Below are positions 52,870 through 64,000 of a stretch of DNA of 64,000 nt, one piece after another. A program made the translations under genes and the position numbers. Every line of letters begins with the position of its first letter. The stretch's first letter is position 1. Source of the stretch: Octopus vulgaris (Eukaryota); contig OX597820.1 of the NCBI GenBank assembly GCA_951406725.2, positions 121,830,001 through 121,894,000 of the forward strand, in the 5' to 3' direction. Below the pieces are notes generated by a model. That model was not told where the DNA came from and did no database searches. It saw nothing but the letters and a program-made list of their open reading frames with translations.

Positions 52870-53185
52870 AATCAAATAGCATATAGAGTGTTTAGTGGTG
52901 TTGTTGTCCAATGCTTTCATCATTTGACCAGTCAATGAAGCAGATGTACAAGGGCATTGCTATCATTCCTTTACACCATTATTTGGTACATATTGAAGAG
53001 TAGATCTCTATGAACATAGTTCTTGATTTCCTCAGAAACGATTATGAGTAGGATCTCACCGCTGTGTGATATGGAAAGAATTGTTCTGTGATTACTGCAT
53101 TCCTGGATGTCGCTTTTCTTGGGAATCGAAACCTAGACAAATACTGGCCACTTGCCAGTTTTGCAGAAGAGACAGCTAACAAATA

Positions 53186-53328
53186 TAAGGATGTCCCAAA
53201 AGTTCGTAGAAAGTCTTGGAAAATAATGGTCTTTATTTTGAGGAATAATTTTTGTTGTTTTTGTTAGTACTTGGCGAGTAAAAATTCAATTTTCGCAAGT
53301 GTTTACGAACCTTTGGGACAACCTAATA
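53186..53328. mobile_element. Small mariner-type MITE nested in RTE
   Basis: taaggatgtcccaaaagttcgtag / tttacgaacctttgggacaaccta TIR pair with TA flanks. Confidence 0.7.
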
Positions 53329-54126
53329 TAAAGCTAGATGTTGGTCGACCGTGTACCATCTTACCTTAAGCTCTTCTGTGCCATGTTATTTGGACGAAGT
53401 GCTTTTATTCTGTTCAAACTTTCCCATTTGCCATTACTGAATCTGGTTCTTATTTTATCATTGTCCAAGCATTTGCTGTGTCATAGATTACTCTTATGAT
53501 TGTCAAAGAATGTCTTTGTTGCCTCGTGGAACCCAACTTTATCTTCTGTCAGAAATTTTGTATCGTCATATTTTTATCGTGAAAATTCTTGGTGATAAGA
53601 TATTGGGAAATTCTTTTAGAGCGGCATAAACGATTTTTCTCTGGATTTTGTTGGTTTCAATTCCCATTCTGGTACAAATGAAATGTTTTTGTCGATGATG
53701 CTGATGATTATACATGTATACAATATTGAATGGTCACGAGTGGAACGTCTTTGACTATAGGTCTCTTTACGGATGATTTTGGTTTGATAAATACACACGC
53801 TAGCTCTCTCACACACATATACACACACATGCACGCGCGCGCGATTTATCGATTCGATACAAAAATACGTAAGTGTTTTATTATTCCGAAAGGGTATTGA
53901 ATATTGGTTTTAAATGGTTGTTTAATTAGAAAATAAAGCGGAAGATTATCAGAATTGTTAAACTGTTGACCGAATATGGCTGGCGATATTTGTCCTGCTG
54001 GAAAAAATATTTGGCGATATCTATTTTGGCGCTGTACGTTCGCAAAGGAAGCGGACTTGTTGGTATCGAACCGAAAGATGGTATCTTGTTACCAAAATAC
54101 TCAAGTGACGATAGCTGGCATCCATT

Positions 54127-54177
54127 TTTGTCAGTGAACAGGTCGCGGTCTTATAGCGACGAAAATATTTTGACAAA
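54127..54177 (+). ncRNA. Type I hammerhead motif with G3-C8 compensatory core
   Basis: tttgtca-GTGAACA-g-gtcgc ggtcttata gcgac-GAAA-atat-TT-tgacaaa; 7-bp stem I, 5-bp stem II. Confidence 0.7.
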
Positions 54178-54860
54178 TTAAACTTAAACGTTGAAGTGAA
54201 TCGAACGGCTTTTGTGTGTTTCTTAAATGGCTTACAAACACCTTCCACGCTGCAATTGTTTTCGTTTCAGCACACGATCTCAGATCAAATCACTTGCTAT
54301 GCAAGTACATCTCCGTAAATCTTTTGTATTCTTCCACAAAAATTCCATGACAATCACTCAGTGATTGTGAAGGCAGTTACCAAACGTCTTTGATAGAAAA
54401 ACATTGAAATGAGAAAGATCTGCTTTAACAATTGAAACATCGCTGTTGGTATTAAACCAGGGACATCTTCAGTGTGAAACAAACTTCTTAACTGTTCAAC
54501 CATAGTTATGTAGCATATTGCACACCACAACTATATTCTATGACTTATGCTATCGCTTTTAAAATAGCCATCACTCATACCATCGTAATTACAACCACTA
54601 CTCTTACTACCAAAATGTATTACAATCACCAACGATCCAATAAGTACTACAACTACAACTACAACCACTCTCAACATCCTCACCACCAGCACTATAACCA
54701 ATACCATTCTCCAGCAACACTTCAACAGATATTACCTTTTCCAAAACACTACAGCCTACACCATAATCTACACTAACACTAAAACCAAAACCATTACCCC
54801 GAACTAGTCAATGCAAACCAATAATGTCACCACCAAATCACTAAAAGTAATACCGACACC

Positions 54861-54914
<54 letters not shown>

Positions 54915-55219
54915 CTCCATTGTTACATTCCTTGCAGAATACAGATTAGCAGTGTTTTTGGATTACCTCTTATCCACTCTTCTTTCCATCCTTTACTCTA
55001 TCTGACCCCTTTATCCAAACCTTAACCCTCCCACCCACCTTTCATCACTCCCCCACCCTTCTCAATACCCTCTTCACCGCGTATACCCCACATCTCCACC
55101 ATTTCTCACCGATCTTTCTTCTAATTTGTCAGAAACATTTACTGACTGTTGGCATATTGACGGAACAATTAATTAGTCTTTAAACTGGAAACTGGTATTG
55201 GCGAGTAGTAGTAGTAGTA

Positions 55220-55284
<65 letters not shown>

Positions 55285-55879
55285 TAAGTGTGATAGTTGG
55301 GGTAGCAGTGGTAGTGGCAGTAGTAATGGAGTTTGTAGTAGTGGTGAGGGTCGTGGTTGTTGTAGTGATAGTAGTGATGGTGGGTGGTAGTAGAATTGGT
55401 GATATTATTATTAGAAGCACTGGTAGTAGTTGTGGTGGTGGTGGTGGTGGTGGTGGTGGTGGTAGCTGCGATGAGTGTACTTTGGGAGTGTGGTTGGGAG
55501 CTGGAAGTGTTTCTGGGAGACACACTAAACGCTGAAGTGGACAGTCATTGGGTCGCTGGCTCTTATCATTTGTGTATAAAGGAAGCAATGGCATCAGATA
55601 AGACTGGTATGTCTGTTTGGGTGGGAGGAGGAGGAGGAGGAGGAGGGGGCGTTTGAGCAGAGATTAAGGAGAGTCTATCTACTAATTTGTATATGTTAGG
55701 AGGCGGTGGGGGTGGGGATGGGGGGCGTGGCGGGGGTGGAGATGATGAAGTAGGCAGCGGTGTGTGTTCTGCGAGCAAATGTTTATGTGTATTAAATGGT
55801 ATCTTAACATTTTGGTTTTGTGTTTAAGTAGCAACAGCAGAGGTGGCGGTGATGATGGCGGTTGGGATGCTGGTGATAA

Positions 55880-55911
<32 letters not shown>

Positions 55912-56157
55912 ATTATGATGCTGTAGTTTAGCCTGACTTCAGTCCTAATGAAATAGAATTATCTTCAAACAAAAGTCGAGGCGCAAAAATTTCCTTTTTC
56001 CCTTTCAATCTACATCGGTAGGACAAGATTTGCAGGAGATTTGGCTGTTATTTCTTGTGGATCGAGTTACTACGCATTAGTAACAGTAGTTATATGGAGT
56101 TTTCTAATTCTTAGAATGCCATTTAGGGAAGTGTGGTACGTCTAAAAGAACTTAGCC

Positions 56158-56218
<61 letters not shown>

Positions 56219-56419
56219 TCAAAATAAGCAACAAGAATGACTCCGGAAATTTGGTACGATCGTTTTGTACTACATCATTTTATCAAATGTTGTAAGTATT
56301 ACAACAGTTTTAAAATGCTGTAATTACAAACTGTTGTAATACTTATAACATTTAATCAAATGATATAGTACGAAACGATCGTACCAAATTACCGGAGTCA
56401 TTCTTGTTGCTTATTTTGA
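56219..56419. repeat. ~92-bp fold-back hairpin, 17-nt loop, inside (TA)n
   Basis: 56219-56310 vs 56328-56419 reverse complement with few mismatches. Confidence 0.9.
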
Positions 56420-56545
56420 TTATAATCACCCCACGGATTTTTATGGATAACACCATACAGAATTCTGGTGCATCTAAATTAAGTACCATATTCATTTGAA
56501 TCTAAATTTTTGCTGAACTATATATATATATATATATATACACGC

Positions 56546-56589
<44 letters not shown>

Positions 56590-56721
56590 AAATAAACAAC
56601 AAGGATATTTTGATTTTAACCACCTTACTTTGAAATAAATTCATAATTATTTATAAGTTCATCAAAAATCATTATTTTTCAGAAGCATATATACAGAAAG
56701 AATTTGTAGACAGTATTTGAT

Positions 56722-56921
56722 AGAAGGAAGCGTGCATTGATTTGTCGAATGTTAATCAGAAATTATAATAGTTTATAAGGATTTTAGAGGAACGAGCAAA
56801 CTTTTTTCCTTCATCTCAAAACTGGAGATAAAGAAAAAAGTTTGGTCATTCCTCTAAAATTCTGTATAAATACTTAAATATGGTTTCTGATGAAGTTTTG
56901 ACTAAGCAATACATACCTTCT
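56722..56921. repeat. Older degenerate fold-back hairpin
   Basis: Core 56781-56817 / 56825-56860, extending imperfectly to ~100-bp arms. Confidence 0.7.
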
Positions 56922-57462
56922 CTTATTTATTCCATTTCCTATTTTGAACACTTTTATGTAAACTGTTTAAACAAAAAGCCTCCTCTTAACATTTTCTTAT
57001 CATTATCAAAGACTCTATCACTGTATTTTAATACATCTATGTTAACCATTTTTTAATCCAACAAAAGCTACACAAAACCTTACATTTTACTTTTGAAAAT
57101 AAAAAAAAAAGTGAAACCAGTCAAGTCAATAGACATCTTTAAAAGACCGCTGCATTTTCAAATCTTCTTCCCTATATATATACACACACAGTAATTGCTC
57201 AAAGACGACATAGTAGTGCTCAAACGGATTTGAGCATAAGCTCGAAATTCTTCGTCCAGGGCAAGGCCGGTGCCGTCAAGAATGGGTAGAAAAGTAATCC
57301 GAATCGAAAAGATATGGAGTAGAAACGGAGATAAAAAGAAAACGGCTGGATATGAAAATCATTTCCATGGATCACACTTAATTACAGAATAAATGCGTGG
57401 AAGAAAATATGTAATTCATTAACTCGACAGCTGTTTCAAGAATTCCAGAGTTACTCAATAAC

Positions 57463-57500
<38 letters not shown>

Positions 57501-57504
57501 AAAT

Positions 57505-57692
57505 GACAATTTGCGGATGTTAGAGTTATTTCGTCCGTCGCTGAGTTCAAATTGCGCTGAGGTCAACTTTGCCTTTCATTCTTTCGGCATCGATAAAATT
57601 AGCGCCAGTTGAACACTGGGGGGCGGGGTTAGATGTAATTAGTTTTACCCCCTACTTCGAAATTACTGATCTTGTGCCTATAATAGAAAGGA
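57505..57692 (+). mobile_element. Old SINE family B copy
   Basis: ctgagttcaaattgcgctgaggtcaactttgcctttcattctttcggcatcgataaaatt. Confidence 0.7.
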
Positions 57693-58817
57693 TCATTTAA
57701 ATATAGATCAACTTTGAGCTGTCAAATCTTTTACCAAAGTATTTGAAACTAAAATCATCCTATCCTTTTTGTTTAATTTTTCAAGTACAGTGTCCCCAAA
57801 TGCTAATTTATTCTGCATATAAACATTTCCTAACTTTTAAAGATAACAAAGTGGGAGGTTGGCTATTATTTCAAGCCGATTCTTTTCCCCCGTTGTTGTT
57901 GAACTTGTGTTGTTGTATAATACTTCAGTTGGAGTAGATTTCTGACACGTAGGTAGGTTGTGAATCAAACTACAAGATTCCAACTACAAGATCAATTTGG
58001 GAAGTAAGATGGAAATCCCGGAATTTTCCATTGTCAATTGACCTTTGTATGGTATTTCTGTTCTGGCTGTAGACATGGAGTTATACAGGCGCGATGGAGA
58101 TGGTTGCGAGTGAGACAGCTGTTAGTTTGTTGCACTAATCATTGATATTATTTAAACCACTGACGGTTCTCTTCCATCTTTGCTCAACTCTTTTCAACCA
58201 ACTTGCATATTCCAGCTTGATATCTTGCACCACTTTTCTTTCCTTGCATTTTGCTGTAAATACGTAAGGAGGCAAACTAACACGGAGACATTGTATGTAT
58301 TTATTATCTCTAACTACAGATGCTTTATATACATATTGCCTTTCTTCATCCTTTGTACATCTCACCTTTCCATCATAGATTATCCATCCGTCAGAAATGT
58401 ATCGCTCATCACATACTTAAGAAGCAGTAACCAAATTAAGCTGAGGAAGATTTGTTCAAGACATCTATCGGAATCAGCGCATATTTACATTGCCATTTAT
58501 ATATCTCTCTACATATGCAGATGCGAATATCTGCATATCACTATATTTGCATATCTATGCAACCATCCAAGCATTTACTAAGAAAGCGTTAGTCATATCA
58601 TTGAATTATTTGAAACAGTGAAAGCATATGCATTCTGATATGCACCAATGTATCCTGAATACATACATATATTTACGTACACACACGCGCGCGCGCAAAC
58701 ACACACACATGTTTCTACATATAAAGTGTGTATGTACGTACAAATACATCTACGCTTGTATGTGGAGACTGTATGAATACAGAGATAGTCACACACATAC
58801 AGGTACGTATACGTGTA

Positions 58818-58871
<54 letters not shown>

Positions 58872-58964
58872 TATATGTATATATATATGTAGGTAGAGAG
58901 AAAGAGAGAACTGGTTGCATGCATATATATAAATATATGTATATATATATATATATATAACATA

Positions 58965-59034
<70 letters not shown>

Positions 59035-59419
59035 CATATATATACACACACATATATATATATGTTTGCATAACGAGACTGTAATCTATGTGTTTGTGTA
59101 TATAAATATAATATATATATATATATCTTTATGTGTGTATGTATGCATCAACATATATATGTATATGTGTGTATATATATCTGCTTATATTTATTGTATA
59201 TGTATGGAAATCAATATAGGTGTATATATTATATACAATTATGTGCGTTCGTGTTCGTGCGCGTGTGTATATATGTATAGGGGAATATTAACACAACTGA
59301 TATAACTTTCTAATTTCCGGAAAAGTTTAGAATCAACAGAGATATTACAGGCAACTCATGGAATTGTGTACAAAAGTGGAGAAAAAGAAAGGCTGTGTCT
59401 AAAATAGCTTCCCTTAATT

Positions 59420-59960
59420 CTGCATATTTTTGAGACGATTTCCTTGTCTTATTTCAACCTATAACTTCTGTAGGTAGATGTCGAGAAGAACAAGGGAGCC
59501 GGTACTGAGAAATGCGTCCTGGGAAGGGAGAATTCATAAAAGAGTTTAGTGCAGTGTTTGAGGAAGTGACGCTAGATTAGGAGCAGAGGTGAAGGGTGGA
59601 GTGGCACAGAGGTGGAGCACATTTTGTCATACAGCGATATTGAATGTATCGTAATAAGAATAAGGGAAATAGAGAAAATAAACAGATTGTATTTAGTTGA
59701 GAGGTAGGAATGTGTTGAAGTGTAGGTCTCTGAGAATCAATGGAGAACTTTGGTGGGGACGTGGTTTGGGTTATTTACTGTTGAACAACAGAGCTGTTGC
59801 TGATCCCTGAACAATGCTGTATTGTGTGTTTGTTTGTGATTCAAAGAGGAGGGCTAACTGCTGAGATGTTGTTCGGAATATGACGCCTCGACTGTGTATG
59901 ATATCACATTAACAGTCGTGGTGATGTCATCATAGGTAAAAAAAAATATATCAAAGATTG
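59420..59960 (-). mobile_element. Decayed L2/CR1-group LINE 3' remnant
   Basis: YADD-like TYDDIT and SF.PRT-like C-terminal remnants in broken frames. Confidence 0.4.
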
Positions 59961-60199
59961 AAGAAACTAACATTAACGCAGCGGGCTTTTTTCCCTCGTC
60001 ATAAATGACAGATTCTTCAGCGAAACATCTTTTCATTTGGAGGCGAAACTGGAAATCTAAACAAACAATATTTATTTAAAAGTTGTGACAGAAACATATC
60101 ATTTAATATTTCTACTGCTGCTCCATGTTTCTGTTTTTCAGACAAGATTTCTTCATTCTATAATTGCTTTAAAGAGAGAATTACGATAACTATAAATAG

Positions 60200-62050
60200 A
60201 GAAAGGAAACCGAAAATGTTTGAGCAACTGAGATTAGGCAAACAATTGTCATGAAAGAATTCATTTTAAGAAAATTCAGAATCTAAAATACCAGCAAGCG
60301 AGATAACTCCAATCAAATAAGAATGACAGGAAAGGATCGGGTCTTTGCTGGTAAAAGCAAGAACCATATTTTGGTTATATTCGACTTCTTCAGCCAAGTG
60401 TCTTTTATTTCAATTATCAACATTAAGGGAAATCAATCAGTATATCTAAGAATTTACTCAGAAATGTAGTGAGCTTGATCATATGAAACAAATATAAAGT
60501 AATATAGTCCGGTAGTGATAATACATGATGCATGATAAAGCATCTCGCTAAATGTATACTAAGGAGTTTAGTTAGCTTCTTAAATATTTGTGATATAATA
60601 TGAATGTCTATATTATGGATATAAAATATTGTAAAAGACGCTCTTTACATATTGGCATTATTGCTTTTATTGATGAGATATCGATATTATTGAAGAGTTG
60701 TTTTCTTTGATTAGTTACAGAAAGAAGATTGTATACAGAATGTAAAGGAATTAAAAAATGACTAAAGGAGTGGAGAGGACTTTTACAGGGTTTTATGGGA
60801 TTAGGAGAGTTAGTGGTTTAAAACACAAAACTATACATAATGACATTGGTCCTGTTGCATAATTAAACAGTGATCAATTCGGTTCTTTTGAAATAAGAAA
60901 AAAATAGAGCTGAAAATATCGAAGTTTATATTTAGACATTAGCAGAGACAATGTTCTTCATAAATATTTGACTGTTAAGCCGTCCTTTCTGCGACTTAAC
61001 TAGTACTTACGAAAGTGACGACATTAAGTAAAGTTCTCTGATTTAGCGTCTACAAATTTGCTTAACCTTTTTAGTTTTATGTTCTTCCTAGCCGCTCATA
61101 TTTCAGTATGGTTCACATCTGTTAAGTCTATTCCGCGTGAGGCTTAAATCCCTAGAATGTTCTTTCAAATTCAACTATAGCAGAATAACACTTTCAGTTC
61201 TTTTCTCTATTTCTGAAACAAGTTTGGTTGAAAATACCGTTATTTAAACTTACCTTCCTACATTAGCAACATAGTGTTTACATTACAACAGAAAGGCTTT
61301 GTTTTTTCGTATTTTTATTCGTTCACTCTTTTTACGGAGGGGACTTTGCTTCATCAGATATTATCGCTTCGTTGCATGTCCAATCAAGAAAATTTCCATA
61401 CGTGCTATCAAACTTAGTTCATTTAATATGTTTACGTATCAAGTATTTTCATATTGTCAGGACAACTATAGCTCACTTTAAGTTTGTTCCTATTGAATAG
61501 CTTAGTTTAAATGGGTTGTAGATAAATACTTATTGAGGCAACGTAATGTTAAAGTAAAATGAAGGCATGAACTAAATATTATTGTGACGGCTCTTAACCG
61601 TTTTAGACAGCGGAGTGGGGGACGGTCTACAAAGTCTTCTAATTGAATCCAGTAGCTTTTAAGTGCTTTCTTGTGAAGGGGTTACAGATAGAAGTTTCAT
61701 CTGTTGGTATATATGAGGTGTATTTATCTACAACAGATTTAAACGAAGCTATTCAATAGAAACAATCTTAAACTGATAGACACAATTATCTTACTGGTAG
61801 ACACAATTACATTACGGAAAACTTCAGCCAAATTCATTAAGGTTTGAAGAATTGAGATCTGTTGTACCTTGGAGAACCTCCACTTATTACAGTTTAACTA
61901 ATTTATTTCGGCTTGAAGGTGTCTATAATTCTCTTGGAAAAGAATGACCCCCCTTTGCAATTTTTACAAAGTTACTGCCATTAGAATAAAGGTGTGTGAC
62001 ATTCCTCCTGTGTTGTGTGCATTTACAGCTCGTTGGACTGACCCATTTCG
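60200..62050. mobile_element. Ancient, rearranged Naiad-type PLE remnant
   Basis: Minus strand LFNRNKLKVSYSCPDNMK (61500-61445), KHLKATGFN, RLSKFV; plus strand VFAGKSKN (~60341, resembling VxADKTxN). Confidence 0.5.
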
Positions 62051-62381
62051 GACTGTTTGGACAGGTCACTTTTCTCATTTATTTTATAACTAAATTTCGT
62101 TCACTCATGCAAATCATCTTCTTTTAGTTTTGTTTACACCAGAACCGGTTGCTATAATCCCGAAGTTGTTGTTATCCTCGTTGTTGTTGTTGATGCTGTT
62201 GTTGTTTAGACCCACTTTAGTTCTGATCAAAGAAAACTCAGAGTTATTTCGGCCGCAAAAACCCGCTCTCTCTTTTATTTTAGAGACTGCTTGGGTGTTT
62301 GTTTGTGTGCGAGTATGAAGCGTTGTGTGTATGTGCGCGTGTGTTAGACAAATGTATACACACACACACACACGCACACAC

Positions 62382-62456
<75 letters not shown>

Positions 62457-62950
62457 CATTCTGTGTTGAATGCAAACCAACACGTTCAGAGAAGTTTTGT
62501 GTGGTTCGTTCTTCTGTTATCATCGTGATCTGAGCCAAAGTTCAGTGTTTCGGTCACCTCCGGGTAACACTGTCCGAAATATGTTGAACAATCAGCATTC
62601 TCTCTCTCTCTCTCTCTCTCTCCCTCTCTCTCTCGCAATCTCTCTCTCTCTCTCTCTCTCGCTCTCTCTGACATTTGCCCATTTTTCAGGATTGAACAAA
62701 TATTCAAAAGTATAATCGCAGTTTTTATGTGTTTGGCATTGCTGGGTGCTGCATTCGAGTGCACTCTTCGTCTAATTGAATCCAATCACGACCAATCTCA
62801 CACAACGTCAATACCAGTTACATTCTAGGGTTTAACTCTAGGAGTAAATAGAAGGGAAAAAGAGACTAAGAGGGAGCAGAATCAAGGAATTTGGTTCATA
62901 GGCGTTAAAATATGTATTTATTTATCATCTAACTTTTACTTTATTACTAA

Positions 62951-63021
<71 letters not shown>

Positions 63022-63047
63022 CTGTTGTCGTCATCATTATTATTATT

Positions 63048-63597
63048 AAGTGAGAGAGCAGTGCATGCCATCAAAGTGACACTGGGATAAAATATACGAA
63101 GCCCAGTATAACCATCATGATTACCCGTCTGATAAGGGTACACACATCATAAACATATGTGCGCGACATGGTGATCTCATATCAAGATAAACAGCGCATG
63201 ACCTTGCAAGTGGGGCCCAGTTAGAATTCTCTTCTGGTCGAGTAGCCCACCCCGCTCAAAAGGTCCCTGAATATGATTGTTTAAGGATGTTGAACAAACA
63301 ACCCATATTTCTAAAGGTGAATTATCCAAACTCAAAAGAATTCCTCTCAATACATGGCTATGATGTTCCCCCATTACTTCTGCTCATGATCAGGGACGCA
63401 CGTATCGTCAGCCACTAAGGGACATGCTCAACTGGTTAAGGTCAAACAACTGACAAGCAAATCTGTGGTATTGAGCAGAATATTTGCTGTAGCCCATCTT
63501 TTATACCAAGACAAAACAATGTACGTGATAACAGTTCCAATCAGTTAAGATCAGAAGCCATGAGAACCACTGCCTGGTACTGCATCAGAGCATTCAA
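63048..63597 (-). mobile_element. Longest copy of non-coding retroposon family F, between AAT/AAC repeats
   Basis: 3' part matches 1-190 and 12975-13110. Confidence 0.7.
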
Positions 63598-63601
63598 AAC
63601 G

Positions 63602-64000
63602 TTATTATTATTGTTGTTGCTGTTGTTGTTGTTGTTAATCAATAGTCTTATTCTTATAGCGTGCTTTCACTTCACTACCGAGCGCAGCTCTATGTGCCTT
63701 GGGTATGTGTTGTGGTTTGCTGTGATGATTTTACGGTTACTGTATTGAAAGTGTTTTGCGTAGGATGTGCCCAGTCGTGCAATTTTCTGTATCTTATATA
63801 TATTTGAAAGTTCTGGTGTTTTTGTTATGTACTTGTCTGAATATTACTTTATCATACCGAATGCGCCCACTATGATAAGAATTGTTTCTGTTTTTAGATT
63901 CCACATTCTAGTTACCTTTATTTCCAGGTCTTTGTGTTTTGAAAGTTTCTCCATTTCTTTTAGAGACACGTCGTCACCTGCTGGTATTGATACATCAATA
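63602..64000 (-). mobile_element. 3' end of R4/Dong-type non-LTR retrotransposon (RLE domain)
   Basis: IDVSIPAGDDVSLKEMEKLSKHKDLEIKVTRMWNLKTETILIIVGAFG..IQKIARLGT; (AAC)(AAT) tail. Confidence 0.8.

Larger units (their letters stand above)
52060..53600 (-). mobile_element. Decayed RTE-clade LINE RT region
   Basis: KTGKWP..IPKKSDIQECSNHRTI.SISH..LYICFID..V.QDCIVS..LRYSADTAL..LLNKV..INVK. Confidence 0.7.

Noticed and set aside
57420-57450. Half hammerheads (GAAAC-agct-GTC on minus here; GAAAC-tgct-GTA at ~26025)
   Set aside because: The CUGANGA half is not identifiable; at most decayed remnants.

Overview
This is AT-rich, microsatellite-saturated eukaryotic DNA. From the repeat content I infer an octopus-like cephalopod genome, intergenic or deep intronic. 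I find no intact host gene, rRNA, true tRNA or CRISPR array, and most ORFs in the track are translations of simple repeats. The window is a mosaic of mobile DNA: at least 4 SINE-like families (about 25 copies, several with clean TSDs), LINE fragments (RTE, CR1, R4/Dong-type, L1/Tx1-like), Tc1/mariner remnants and MITEs, and non-autonomous Helitrons. Penelope-like elements (PLEs) are also present, including a nearly intact 5'-truncated Naiad-type RT+GIY-YIG copy at ~18.9-21.6 kb. The most interesting unannotated signal is RNA-structural. Seven minimal type-I hammerhead ribozyme motifs sit in different carriers; one lies inside a tRNA-headed SINE-like element, one has a compensatory G3-C8 core swap, and two have greatly extended stem II. 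There are also five long fold-back structures, some of which break inside the ribozyme motif. All calls are by eye; identities and element boundaries are approximate.
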